Below, one piece after another: positions 28,066 to 38,477 of a stretch of DNA of 64,000 bases. This DNA is from a virus, in the IMG/VR virus record IMGVR_UViG_3300028583_001558, one strand, 5' to 3'. Position numbers and translations under genes: made by a program. Every line of letters starts with the position of its first letter. The stretch's first letter is position 1. The notes beneath the pieces were generated by a model. That model had not been told where the DNA came from. It did no database searches and was given only the letters and a program-made list of their open reading frames with translations.

Positions 28066-30911
28066 TAGCGTTTCTCCTTAGGTAAGAATCCTAGCGGTCT
28101 ATGTGTGCGAGACAGACCACGGGCGACTCGATAGTCGTTTAAGTTAGTCATGAAAGTGATGTATGGATAATACTGCATGGCGTTATCATCACCTACATCG
28201 TTGGTCGGATCTACTTGGAATGTTGAATGTAAAATGCCAACATTATTATACACTGACCCATCTTCGTAGTTGACACTATAGCCATCAAAATCCGTAGGGT
28301 TCCAAGTAGGAACCGGCGCGCCTCGAGTAACAAACACAATACCATTCATAACTGGGTTAGGGCAGTTCTTAAGTATAAAACGATCGTTAATACCAAGACC
28401 GTGGGTAACTGATGTGGATAGATCAATTTCGGTAATCGATTTTGGATCGTCATCATACTTTAACTCGCGGAAAGTCAAGCTACCATAGGCTATGCCTTCA
28501 ACCAAATCCTCACTTAGAAATGGTAAGAATTTAACACAATCACCAAACGTCTTCATCGTGACGTTACTATGACGTATTACATCGTTAGACCAAGATGTTT
28601 CAAAGGCAGAACCTTCATCTTTGTTATACGTCATGATAGCTCGCTCTAGCGCGTGTTTGCTATATATAACCGTACTGTTGTAAGGTCCGATCTTACCGAT
28701 AAGTGTAGGTATCAACGTGCTTTTCTCATCGGCACGTAGTACGAACACATGACCCAAATCAGCACTGGCCAATACACGACGCTCTGCAAAAGACATAGGC
28801 TCCATTACGCTGGACCCGTAAGTATACTCCATCAACATAACGGTAGACGCAGGCATGATAACCGAACCTGCATTATCGTTTGCATTAAAGCTAGCAGTAT
28901 ACGTGTTGTTATTAACCCAAGAGTCACCTAAATCCTGAGAGGTTGATAAGTGATTGTTTCTCTTAATAACACGGCGAGTAAGCGGCTGTGTTTTATATGT
29001 GTCATCGGGGATTACCGGCGACCATATTAAACCCGGCACGTAATCTACACCATAGCGATCTACCATATCCACAAGATTTGCTGGATTAGCAAACACTTCA
29101 GTAACCGGTAACTGCTCTAATGAATAAGGCGTCTGTATAGGCATCATGATAATTAAATCATCGCCTACATCCCAACCTTCATAGACCCGAGTTCCCTTTT
29201 CTGAAAATACTGATCTAGAACTGTTAGTAAACGCACTACCTTCAAATAGAGTAGGACTTACATAAGACGGCAGGTAATAATAATAATCATCACGATCATC
29301 GCGGTTGATCTTAACAGCCGGTACGTATTGATTTTTATTTACGTTATAAACCCAACACCCACCTTGTTTGACCGTCTGACCATCTTCCTTGGTAATCTTG
29401 CCTGCGGGAGGTGCTGTGAACTCCCCTTCAACGATATCGCTACTAGTAAGCGTGGTTCTGACAAATGCTAGTCCTTTAATGCGTTCCCATCCACGATGAC
29501 GACCACCCATGACATCAATGCCAAACGCATTAGCGTCTACATCAACACCATGTGCTGAGATACGTAGATCTTGCATTTGCCAATCGTAAACACCGTCGTA
29601 GGTATATTGCTGGGGGTGACCACTTGCGCCGTATTGAATGTTACCGCCGTATTTACTACGTATTCTTGAACCGCCAGACTCAAAACCTAAAAAGCAATCA
29701 GCAACGCTAGTTGCTAGTTTAGCCGTGGCCGTTGAATCCCATGTAGAACCGCCGCTATTAGTCTGTGCATGAAGCAGCGTTCCCATAGCGTTATAGAACG
29801 GATGATAAGCACCTTGGTTCATTCTTGTAACGCGAGCAATGCCCATCCAATAAATAGAACCTATCGCACGATTACTAGTATGTTCTGGGTTAGTGATTGC
29901 TATTCCGCCATCCACACCAGGTACTCGATCGTTAGCATTAATCTGAAAGAAATAACGACCGCTGTTGTAATCTAGTGGCTGGGGGTTAGAACCTTGCGCG
30001 GTAAGTCGAATTGGCACTTTCGTGCCACGGTTACGAATGATATTATTTGCATAATCATCAAAACCGCTATTATAACGCCAGTCGTCTCCGACCGAAGATA
30101 TAGATCTAAATCGATACTGCCATTGGAATACGCGATCGCCATCACGATATATGTTGTTATTAGGATTGTTCAAGAACGAATCTTTCTCTTCCTCGGACAT
30201 CAATGCCCAAGTATAACCACGCCCCCATGTAACCGTATCCCACGTACCAAATGCACTATAGCTCTGTGGCATTACCCCGTCGGTATAGTTTTTAGATCCG
30301 GTGCTATTACCGTCGTACTGAACATTGCCTAACGGATAGACCGCAGGTACCTGTTCGCCCTCATCGCCTATCTCGACAAGGAAGACCTCCATCCCCACAA
30401 GGTCTTCACGCGAGACCATGTCTACGGGTTTAAAATACGTAACGTCGGTTAGCAGCATCCCTGAAGGCGCGTCTAAGACACATATGTAGATATCATTACC
30501 AACCACTACGTGATCGCCAACATCATAGTCTTTAGTTGTTGTAGTAGAAGTCTCTACTTCCGCCGTAGGGGCTGGCGGTAACATAATAGTGTTGCGGTTA
30601 CTAGCCCCCACTAGCGCTTGGGTTATACGCAGACCATCAACATTATAGATAGGGTAACCAGTATCGCTCTCGCCGTGTTGTGTTGAATCACCCGACCCAC
30701 GTCCCATTCTAAACCCATTAGGCACGCCGCCGTTTATAGTACACCAGATACCTTGATTTACTACAACGTTAGACGCATCTACATAATGCCTGCCTGGTTC
30801 AATATAACCAGAACATGCAAACGTACTTCTACGTTGCTCACGCAGAGCTTCAAACTCAGCAATTGTCATACCCCGTCCTGCATCAGGAAGAAGGTTACTT
30901 AATTGAGTCAT
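28065..30911 (-). CDS. Tail fibre/receptor-binding protein paralogue 1
   Basis: 948 aa; shares the GDHVVVGNDIY.C, FQWQYR, NQGAYHP and SGHP blocks and terminal PLGFLPK with its two neighbours. Confidence 0.65.
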   Translation of the reverse strand: MTQLSNLLPDAGRGMTIAEFEALREQRRSTFACSGYIEPGRHYVDASNVVVNQGIWCTINGGVPNGFRMGRGSGDSTQHGESDTGYPIYNVDGLRITQALVGASNRNTIMLPPAPTAEVETSTTTTKDYDVGDHVVVGNDIYICVLDAPSGMLLTDVTYFKPVDMVSREDLVGMEVFLVEIGDEGEQVPAVYPLGNVQYDGNSTGSKNYTDGVMPQSYSAFGTWDTVTWGRGYTWALMSEEEKDSFLNNPNNNIYRDGDRVFQWQYRFRSISSVGDDWRYNSGFDDYANNIIRNRGTKVPIRLTAQGSNPQPLDYNSGRYFFQINANDRVPGVDGGIAITNPEHTSNRAIGSIYWMGIARVTRMNQGAYHPFYNAMGTLLHAQTNSGGSTWDSTATAKLATSVADCFLGFESGGSRIRSKYGGNIQYGASGHPQQYTYDGVYDWQMQDLRISAHGVDVDANAFGIDVMGGRHRGWERIKGLAFVRTTLTSSDIVEGEFTAPPAGKITKEDGQTVKQGGCWVYNVNKNQYVPAVKINRDDRDDYYYYLPSYVSPTLFEGSAFTNSSRSVFSEKGTRVYEGWDVGDDLIIMMPIQTPYSLEQLPVTEVFANPANLVDMVDRYGVDYVPGLIWSPVIPDDTYKTQPLTRRVIKRNNHLSTSQDLGDSWVNNNTYTASFNANDNAGSVIMPASTVMLMEYTYGSSVMEPMSFAERRVLASADLGHVFVLRADEKSTLIPTLIGKIGPYNSTVIYSKHALERAIMTYNKDEGSAFETSWSNDVIRHSNVTMKTFGDCVKFLPFLSEDLVEGIAYGSLTFRELKYDDDPKSITEIDLSTSVTHGLGINDRFILKNCPNPVMNGIVFVTRGAPVPTWNPTDFDGYSVNYEDGSVYNNVGILHSTFQVDPTNDVGDDNAMQYYPYITFMTNLNDYRVARGLSRTHRPLGFLPKEKR

Positions 30912-30928
30912 GAACTTTACTCCAAGTT

Positions 30929-30950
30929 AGGGGCTGGATATCCAGCCCCT
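30929..30950. repeat. Perfect 22-bp palindrome between fibre paralogues
   Basis: AGGGGCTGGAT|ATCCAGCCCCT. Confidence 0.85.
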
Positions 30951-30959
30951 TTAGTTTAA

Positions 30960-33839
30960 TTAACGACGGCCGTCTTTCGGAAGGAACCCAAGCGGGTTTC
31001 TACTTAGCATGCTACCAGATATGCAACGGCGACCATTTAAATCATCATAGGCCGCTATACCTGTTACTTCAACAGGGCTGTAGAACTCACCATCATCGCC
31101 GAATTGACCTATAGGTGCTAATTCAAATATAGTCATAAAGGAACCATTTTCACGGTAAATACGACCATCATCATAGTTAAGCCTATGGTCATCGAATGTG
31201 GCATTTGACCACGTCCCTGTAAAATCTCTCATCGCAGATAACACAACACCCTCAATATCTGAATTGCGTGTATTGAGCAAACGATAGCGTTTACCTAACT
31301 CGATATTTACAGTTGGGTTTGTTGAAAGATCTATATCGTTAACAGGAATTGTATCAGCTTGGTGGAACAACTTCTTATAATGCACTTGAGAATAAACCAT
31401 CCCAGTATCGTCATTATACCCTAAGGATATAAGGTACTTGATACCGTGCGAGGCGTCCAAATTGTCTATCTCAGCGTGGGCAATGCGTTGTAACTGACTT
31501 GAGTCGTGGTAGAAAACACCACCTAGGTTCTTAAGACCATGGCGTTCAATAGCATAACGCAGGGCGCTAGCACCGTTACCTTCTGGAACATCACCTAATA
31601 ACGTAGTTGCCATCAAGCCACCTTTATGGTCATCCGACGACGTAGATGCCCATACGCTACTAAATGTACCATTAATATAAGGCAAGCGTGCGTTCAAACC
31701 CATCACCCCCGAACGATACACGTACTGAATTAACTGTATCTGATTAAGATACATCTCTCGTACATTTGCGTTGGTAGGAAGTAAGAAGTTATCAATAAAC
31801 GACGTATCTGCTATCCAGTTATCACCTACATCATTACTAGTAAGTGATTGATCAGCTACTTCGATAGCGCGACGTGTAGCCTTAAAGGATTTAACCGTAC
31901 CGTCAGGGATTTCAGACATCCAATCCATACCATAGACTACGTTGGTGCCGTGTGTTTGTAGCCAGTTTAAGATATTATCAGGAGAACCTATTACATCGGT
32001 GGCGACATGCTCTCTCATAAACACGTTAGCATACTCGTAAGTAATGTAAATTACCGTATCACCCACTTCCCAATTACCTTCTAACGCACCTCTGGCTGAG
32101 CCAGTAATGTTACCTGGCGGCATTGCCCTTGGATTTACATCGTTAGAAAGAATATCTAAGTTTTCTGCATCTGCTGAGAAACGTATACAGCCGGTAACTA
32201 GATTTTTAGTAACGTTAAATAGATAAGCACCAGAGTGCCTTGCGTCGGGCATTGACGCCAGAGTTACTTGATTTGACGAAACTGCACTAAGCGTACTGCG
32301 ATGGAAGTACGTCTTTTTAATTGGCTCCCAGCCTGGTGTTAAACCAAACGTCAGATTATAAGCGGCATCTTCAGCACTTAGATTAACACCGTGGGCGCTA
32401 TTACGCAAGTCATTTACAAGATGCGTGTAAATTACATCATGCATGTAACCCATAGGGTGGCCTGATCTACCCGAGGCGTAGTATCCGGCATATGGGAACG
32501 CGCCTTCTGATTGAGCTTCTTCAGTAAATCTAAAACAATCAGCTACGCTTTGAGGTTTGTAGACTTGGCTAAAATGCCACGCGTTATTACCGTCGATATC
32601 CAGACGTCTGAAGGTGGTAGTACCCATTGGATTATAAACAGGGTGATAAGCGCCCTGATTATATCTTGTCACTGTCGCAATTGGCAAGTAGTATGCGATG
32701 CCTGAATCTGATATATAGTCAGTTACGGCTGAAATACCTTTTCGTGTAGCGCCAACGCCTGAGTCCACCTCAACAGGTCTATCAGCATGGCCATGGGTAA
32801 GTAAAATAGCACCATTGTCAGGGCCAACATCTTTAAATTCAGTATAGCGCTTACCTCTAACGCGTAACATTCCGTTAGCACTTGCAGTTCTACCCGTTGA
32901 GGTTCTAATTGCTGAATTTGTAAGTATATTGGGTCTAGGTGCCGCCCATGCCTCACCATTACCGCGTGTTACTTTCCAACGGTATTGCCATTGGAAAAAC
33001 TTGCCGTCTTCTTCGTAGATATTATTACCTTGTTCAGATAACCATATATTACGCTCAGCCGCAGACATAGTACTCCAGCGTCTTCCATAGCCGTAGATTT
33101 GTGTCTTATCGTTCCAAGTGTAGGGTTCTGTATCCCACTCACCTAGCTCACTATAGCGATCTGGCATGACTGTAGAATCTAATGTGAAACCATTCCAGTC
33201 AGTTTCCTGACATTGAACATTACCATAAGGGTATACGGCATCTACGCTCTCACCTAACTCCACGCAAAATACTTCTACACCTACCAGCGTTTCGTCGGTT
33301 ACTAGTTCTCTTGTTTCAAAATAAAGATCATTTAACAGCGACGTACCTACGCCCGCACCATCGTGATGGACACACACGTAGATGTCGTTGCCAACTACAA
33401 CGTGGTCACCGCGCTTGTATGTACGAGTGGTAGTGGTGGATGTTTCAATTTGTGCAACTGGCGCGTCAGGTAACCTAACGACATTCACATCGAATTTAAT
33501 CCTCTCATATTCCACATGGGCAGAGGTATCACCACCACCGCGAACATGAACATTTATACCATCTATATTTAATATAGGGTAATTGCTATCACTAGTACCA
33601 CCTGTTTCATCTTGATACGGTGAGCGACCTAAGGTGAGATGGAGAGGCCAGTTTCGAAAAGCGAACATTCCCTCACCCATCACATAGTTACGGGTGTCGT
33701 GTTTACCGTATTCAACAATGCCCGAACCCGCAAGGTTACTTCTGGTTTGTTGTCTGTTTGCTTCAAACTGAGCTTTAGACAGCGCCTTGAGCGCTCCTGG
33801 AACTCGGTTGGCTAAATTTCCCATGGATAAATACTCCAA
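30960..33839 (-). CDS. Tail fibre/receptor-binding protein paralogue 2
   Basis: 959 aa; same conserved blocks. Confidence 0.65.
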   Translation of the reverse strand: MEYLSMGNLANRVPGALKALSKAQFEANRQQTRSNLAGSGIVEYGKHDTRNYVMGEGMFAFRNWPLHLTLGRSPYQDETGGTSDSNYPILNIDGINVHVRGGGDTSAHVEYERIKFDVNVVRLPDAPVAQIETSTTTTRTYKRGDHVVVGNDIYVCVHHDGAGVGTSLLNDLYFETRELVTDETLVGVEVFCVELGESVDAVYPYGNVQCQETDWNGFTLDSTVMPDRYSELGEWDTEPYTWNDKTQIYGYGRRWSTMSAAERNIWLSEQGNNIYEEDGKFFQWQYRWKVTRGNGEAWAAPRPNILTNSAIRTSTGRTASANGMLRVRGKRYTEFKDVGPDNGAILLTHGHADRPVEVDSGVGATRKGISAVTDYISDSGIAYYLPIATVTRYNQGAYHPVYNPMGTTTFRRLDIDGNNAWHFSQVYKPQSVADCFRFTEEAQSEGAFPYAGYYASGRSGHPMGYMHDVIYTHLVNDLRNSAHGVNLSAEDAAYNLTFGLTPGWEPIKKTYFHRSTLSAVSSNQVTLASMPDARHSGAYLFNVTKNLVTGCIRFSADAENLDILSNDVNPRAMPPGNITGSARGALEGNWEVGDTVIYITYEYANVFMREHVATDVIGSPDNILNWLQTHGTNVVYGMDWMSEIPDGTVKSFKATRRAIEVADQSLTSNDVGDNWIADTSFIDNFLLPTNANVREMYLNQIQLIQYVYRSGVMGLNARLPYINGTFSSVWASTSSDDHKGGLMATTLLGDVPEGNGASALRYAIERHGLKNLGGVFYHDSSQLQRIAHAEIDNLDASHGIKYLISLGYNDDTGMVYSQVHYKKLFHQADTIPVNDIDLSTNPTVNIELGKRYRLLNTRNSDIEGVVLSAMRDFTGTWSNATFDDHRLNYDDGRIYRENGSFMTIFELAPIGQFGDDGEFYSPVEVTGIAAYDDLNGRRCISGSMLSRNPLGFLPKDGRR

Positions 33840-33842
33840 AGT

Positions 33843-33866
33843 TAGCCGGGGTTATAACCCCGGCTA
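33843..33866. repeat. Perfect 24-bp palindrome between fibre paralogues
   Basis: TAGCCGGGGTTA|TAACCCCGGCTA. Confidence 0.85.
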
Positions 33867-33875
33867 TAAGTTTAA

Positions 33876-36755
33876 TTACATTTTGTTACGGCGCTGACGC
33901 TTTGGTAAGAAACCTAAAGGCCTAGTGGTTATCATTGTACCAACGCGAATATCGTTTTGGTTTAAATCTTTATCGTAAAACATCCAAGATCTAGGTTCAA
34001 TGGTACCGCTATCTGCGTTGGCTAGCGCATCAAGACGCGCGCCGCTCCAGATATTACCGGCGGCAGTATAGATCCTACCGTCATCAGTGTCGAGTGAATA
34101 TCCTTCAAAAGCACCTGGTGACCATGTTGCCGTATAGGTAGACAATGCTACTAAATAACGATTGTCAAAATTAGTCAGACCGGTACCTACTAGTTTAAAG
34201 CGTTCGCCTGCGACTAAGGATACCTCTACAGCACTACTAACGTCTATGGTACGATAGTCGCGCGTGCTCTCAGTTGCCCTTACTTCTTTAAACATCACCT
34301 GACCGTTAACAATACCTCTAGGCTCGCTAATGGAAAAGAAAGGTACAAATTTAACACCATCGTCTAGAAAAGTATAAGGTATATTGGTGTGTGCGATTTC
34401 AGAATACGACGACGTAGCAACGGAGTCAAAATCAAGACTATTGTACTGCATGCCTGCTTTTTGGATCTGCAGTGCTATAGCTTCGTTGTATGCAAGATTA
34501 ACTGGAACCTTACCTATTAGATTGTAAGCTAGCGTCCCGCCTTCACCACTAGCATTATTGTCAGTAATCCACGCTGATCCAAACTCACCATCTAACAAAC
34601 GATAACCGAAGTTATATGGTGTTAAAGCCACGGACGGGGTGTTATAAGTAAACATAACAAACGCTGTTTCATCCTCGATCAGACTTGCAGCATTGCCATT
34701 AAACTCAAAATCATTGTTATAGTCCGTTTTAACTGAGATTCTATCCGAGTATTTAATGTAAGCGTTATAAGCGTTTTCAACTTTACGACGCGCCTTGACA
34801 ACTACACCTGCGCCTGGATTAGAGCCAAGTTCAGCCGGTGTCCATAGAGCGTTAACCATACGGTCAACACCATATTCACTGAAAGCCTCTAATAGCCTTT
34901 CAGGTGTGGCAATAACGTCGACACACTCCTGTATCCCAGTGTAGTACTTAGTTTCCTTGTAACCTATAAATGTAACAACGTCACCCACCGTCCATGATTT
35001 TCTATCACCAGACTTTAATAAAGTTGAAGAATAGAATCGTCCGATGTTTTCAACTTGTATCTCATCTTTTAAAGGTTGGATAAGGATACGACCCGTGCTG
35101 TGATGATAGATACTTATAGGCATAAGTTCCTGTTTATCTTTATTGTAAAGATAACCGGCACCCTGATACGCCGCTACAATACCCCATTCATCTAAGATAT
35201 TATCTTCGACATAATAACTAAAGTCGTCTACAATCTCCTCAATAACAGTGTCCATCACACGTAACACTTTTGCAGGTTCCATCGCAGGCATGTTGTTATA
35301 GAGTAGTTTATTAGCAAACTCATCTGGTGTCATGTTAAACCCATGAGCATCCATACGTAGGTCTTCTACCTGCCAACCGTATACAATATCACTACGGTAA
35401 TCTTGAGGATGACCAGATCTAGCACTTCTTAACAGACCAGAATGTATATAAATACCTTCTGACTGCGCAGTCTCACCAATTTGGAAACATTCAGCGGTAC
35501 TAGTAGGCTTGAATGTGTTAACATTATCCCAGCGGTTATCACCGTTGATATCTTGACGACGGAACGTCTTTGTACCTGTTGGGTTATATACAGGATGATA
35601 ACCACCTTGGTTAAGACGTGTAATCTTTGCTAGCGATAGGAAATACCCTATCCCGTTAGCAGAACGAGTACGACTATTGCTACTATTCGCTGTAGCTGCA
35701 ACGCCTTTATTGACTTCTAATGGAAAACCATTATTTAAAGTAGTTAAGAAATAACTAGCAGTATATCCTGCATCGACGCCAGAAACCGAATCTGGATTTG
35801 GTGTTAAGGCAGAACCTTGAAGCGTTGGATAGCGCCCATTGGTCGTACTTTGATCAGAGTTTCGTCTATCACGAATAGCCCATGAGGTGGAGTCCCAAGC
35901 TGTAGCTACATGCCACTGGCCGCCGCGTGATTTAAAAACACGAGCACGGTATTGCCATTGGAAATATTTACCGTCTTCAACATAAATGTTGTTTGATGCC
36001 TTTTGCGCCCACAGATTACGCTGTTCCGGCGTTAGCGTAGACCACTTAAGACCACGACCAACTGTATCAGTATCGCCTAAAAACATTGCACTGTAGCTTT
36101 GAGGCATGGCGTTTGAACTTAGTGAGAACTGACCATCGACGGTGGTAGGGGTGTACTGTACGTTACCGTGCGGGTAAACGGCGTCTACTGCACCATTTCC
36201 ATCACCGAGTTGCACTAGAAAAACTTCTAACCCGATTAGGTCTTCACGCGATACCACATCATCACGTTCAAATAGATCAGTATCGGACAACACATCGCCT
36301 GCAACAGACCCATCAGGATGTATACATACGTAAATGTCGTTGCCAACTACAACGTGGTCACCTTGTGCGTAATCACGCGTTGTTAACGTGGTAGTTTCTA
36401 TCTGTCCGGTAGGGGCGGCGGGAAGATCGATTTGATTATTCTCTTCATTTACCCAGTTAAGTCCGGCCATTGTAATAACCAAACCGTCAACATGAAAGAT
36501 AGGATTGCCAGAGTTAGACGTTCCTGTAGAGTCACGGCTATTGCGACCAAATCGAATACCTTGCACAATTGCATTTGATGTCCACATGCCACCAGGGCCG
36601 AATACGTCATCAGCAAAGGCCCCGTCGTAATGTCTTCCAGGTTCGATATAGCCCGACGCGGCGTACTTGTCACGGTTAATATCACGTCGTGCGTTAAAGG
36701 CAGCAGCCGACAGAGGCGGTTGACTATCGGGGAGCCGATTGGCTAAGTTAGTCAT
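33876..36755 (-). CDS. Tail fibre/receptor-binding protein paralogue 3
   Basis: 959 aa; same conserved blocks. Confidence 0.65.
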   Translation of the reverse strand: MTNLANRLPDSQPPLSAAAFNARRDINRDKYAASGYIEPGRHYDGAFADDVFGPGGMWTSNAIVQGIRFGRNSRDSTGTSNSGNPIFHVDGLVITMAGLNWVNEENNQIDLPAAPTGQIETTTLTTRDYAQGDHVVVGNDIYVCIHPDGSVAGDVLSDTDLFERDDVVSREDLIGLEVFLVQLGDGNGAVDAVYPHGNVQYTPTTVDGQFSLSSNAMPQSYSAMFLGDTDTVGRGLKWSTLTPEQRNLWAQKASNNIYVEDGKYFQWQYRARVFKSRGGQWHVATAWDSTSWAIRDRRNSDQSTTNGRYPTLQGSALTPNPDSVSGVDAGYTASYFLTTLNNGFPLEVNKGVAATANSSNSRTRSANGIGYFLSLAKITRLNQGGYHPVYNPTGTKTFRRQDINGDNRWDNVNTFKPTSTAECFQIGETAQSEGIYIHSGLLRSARSGHPQDYRSDIVYGWQVEDLRMDAHGFNMTPDEFANKLLYNNMPAMEPAKVLRVMDTVIEEIVDDFSYYVEDNILDEWGIVAAYQGAGYLYNKDKQELMPISIYHHSTGRILIQPLKDEIQVENIGRFYSSTLLKSGDRKSWTVGDVVTFIGYKETKYYTGIQECVDVIATPERLLEAFSEYGVDRMVNALWTPAELGSNPGAGVVVKARRKVENAYNAYIKYSDRISVKTDYNNDFEFNGNAASLIEDETAFVMFTYNTPSVALTPYNFGYRLLDGEFGSAWITDNNASGEGGTLAYNLIGKVPVNLAYNEAIALQIQKAGMQYNSLDFDSVATSSYSEIAHTNIPYTFLDDGVKFVPFFSISEPRGIVNGQVMFKEVRATESTRDYRTIDVSSAVEVSLVAGERFKLVGTGLTNFDNRYLVALSTYTATWSPGAFEGYSLDTDDGRIYTAAGNIWSGARLDALANADSGTIEPRSWMFYDKDLNQNDIRVGTMITTRPLGFLPKRQRRNKM

Positions 36756-36782
36756 GAGTAGATACTCCTAATTAATAAAACG

Positions 36783-37373
36783 TTAGACATATTGAACTTT
36801 AACAGTCCATAGGTCAGATTGTGCTTTTGTTAGAATGGCCATGAACGTCTGCTCATTAATGCGTAGGTCGGTGGCGCTACGTGCTCCGTCTATTAGCCAA
36901 TCGCCTGCGTTCAATGCGATAGTTATCTCACCAGCACTGTCTGCTAAACGGGCAATTTCAAACTGGTCACCAACAGCATACATAGAGGCATCTATCGTGT
37001 AGGTAACGTTAGCTGCCGCTGCATAATCCATGCGAGTCATGATACGTGGAGTGTTAAGTGTGCGAGAACCTGAATTGTAGTAATACAGAGGTTTTAAGTT
37101 CTCATTAGGTACATTACTTAAACCCACATCAGCCTTGGTAGTCCCATGGGGATTCCTTGCTTGAAAGTGAGCAGCCAATATGGCATCGTAGTTCTGACCT
37201 AGCTTAACAATGTTACCATCGTTGTCCTTGGTATAAAGAATTAAATCCTTTAAATTAGCCGCCAATTCACCCTCGTCCAACAACGGTGCGGTTGGCACTG
37301 CGTTGGGGGTAATCGAGCGACGTATTTTCAATGGATTCAAAGTCGTGCCACCGGGGGTGGTTACTGAGCCCAT
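36783..37373 (-). CDS. Tail-fibre-associated protein with Mtd-N-like domain
   Basis: LKIRRSITPNAVP...GELAANLKDLILYTKDNDGNIVKLG; NPHGTTKADVGLSNV. Confidence 0.65.
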   Translation of the reverse strand: MGSVTTPGGTTLNPLKIRRSITPNAVPTAPLLDEGELAANLKDLILYTKDNDGNIVKLGQNYDAILAAHFQARNPHGTTKADVGLSNVPNENLKPLYYYNSGSRTLNTPRIMTRMDYAAAANVTYTIDASMYAVGDQFEIARLADSAGEITIALNAGDWLIDGARSATDLRINEQTFMAILTKAQSDLWTVKVQYV

Positions 37374-37385
37374 ATTAACGTCTCC

Positions 37386-37811
37386 TTATATTCCCGATGG
37401 GATTTCAATTTGGGTTGCCGGTGCGAAGATAGCTTCCAAGTCTGCCTCGCTATACAACCCTAGTGATTCAATAACCGGACGTAGACGAGGGTCGTTTAGA
37501 TCAATAAACTCTCGCGTTCGGATGTTGGTTAGATACTTATAAAGCGTCATGTCTGGCGGTGTGGCGCGTGTTCCTTCCTGCGCCATAGCGTAAATAGTCT
37601 CTAATTTATCATCTATGTCTAGACGATCTAAGAGAGAGGCAACCGATATAATGTACGTATCGGACTCCACTGCTTCCAAACTTTCTTCTCGATAAACAAC
37701 AACCTTGGCCGTGGTATCAGAAAACGTGTGTCTTAAATGATCACCGTCGGCTGGCTGTTCACCAGGTCGACTTAGGTTTTCAGTCGACACTATTGTTTTA
37801 ACACCACTCAC
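37386..37811 (-). CDS. Putative tail assembly protein
   Basis: Likely GTG start at 37811 after AGGAG, overlapping the upstream stop. Confidence 0.5.
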   Translation of the reverse strand: MSGVKTIVSTENLSRPGEQPADGDHLRHTFSDTTAKVVVYREESLEAVESDTYIISVASLLDRLDIDDKLETIYAMAQEGTRATPPDMTLYKYLTNIRTREFIDLNDPRLRPVIESLGLYSEADLEAIFAPATQIEIPSGI

Positions 37812-38401
37812 ATCTCGTCTCCTAAAAGATAATCGCAGCTTAGTGTTTGACTTGACCCCCAACTGTATAAGTTAGCGTATTCAATCTTAAGCTGTGTTTC
37901 AAAGTGAATACCGCCTTTGAAAAAGTTTTGTCGGTATTCATCTGTAATAGCTTCCCTTCCTTTATAAAAGAAAAAACCATTAGCTGAATCCTGACCTGAA
38001 CCCCGCATCCAATAACCCCAGAGTAGATGTCGATAGCTCCAGCTGTTAGTATAAGTAACACTCTGCTCACCATCAACGGTGATGCGTATACGCATGGGTT
38101 GGTTCATTCCGTGCAGCGCACTTAAAATCCCCTTCCCATCAAGCTGTAAGTAGAGTTTAAACTCTCCTGCACCACCTCTATCTGTCCTAAAGCTATCACG
38201 TGATAATGTGGCGTTATGTTCCGTATCTGGTGTTAGTGTACGGTATTGCTCCTGATATGCATTGTCTTCTCGACCAAAGACATTAGTAGCAAAAATCACA
38301 TCACGTAAACCGAAAGCTGGATAATAAAAACGTTCTATTATCTCTTCGCCGTCGTCGGATACAGGTAGTAGTGTATATAAATCATAAGGCATGTTTGACA
38401 C
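37808..38401 (-). CDS. Hypothetical protein (tail module)
   Basis: 197 aa within the tail-fibre operon. Confidence 0.55.
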   Translation of the reverse strand: MSNMPYDLYTLLPVSDDGEEIIERFYYPAFGLRDVIFATNVFGREDNAYQEQYRTLTPDTEHNATLSRDSFRTDRGGAGEFKLYLQLDGKGILSALHGMNQPMRIRITVDGEQSVTYTNSWSYRHLLWGYWMRGSGQDSANGFFFYKGREAITDEYRQNFFKGGIHFETQLKIEYANLYSWGSSQTLSCDYLLGDEM

Positions 38402-38477
38402 CTTTTTATATTAACAACATTAAGACGATAAACTGCCTCTAATGTACACGTACTACTGTAGACTCATAGGATATTTT

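Noticed and set aside
28065-36755. Shufflon or invertible tail-fibre system
   Set aside because: All three genes have the same orientation, are full length, and have their own starts; no site-specific recombinase is in the window.
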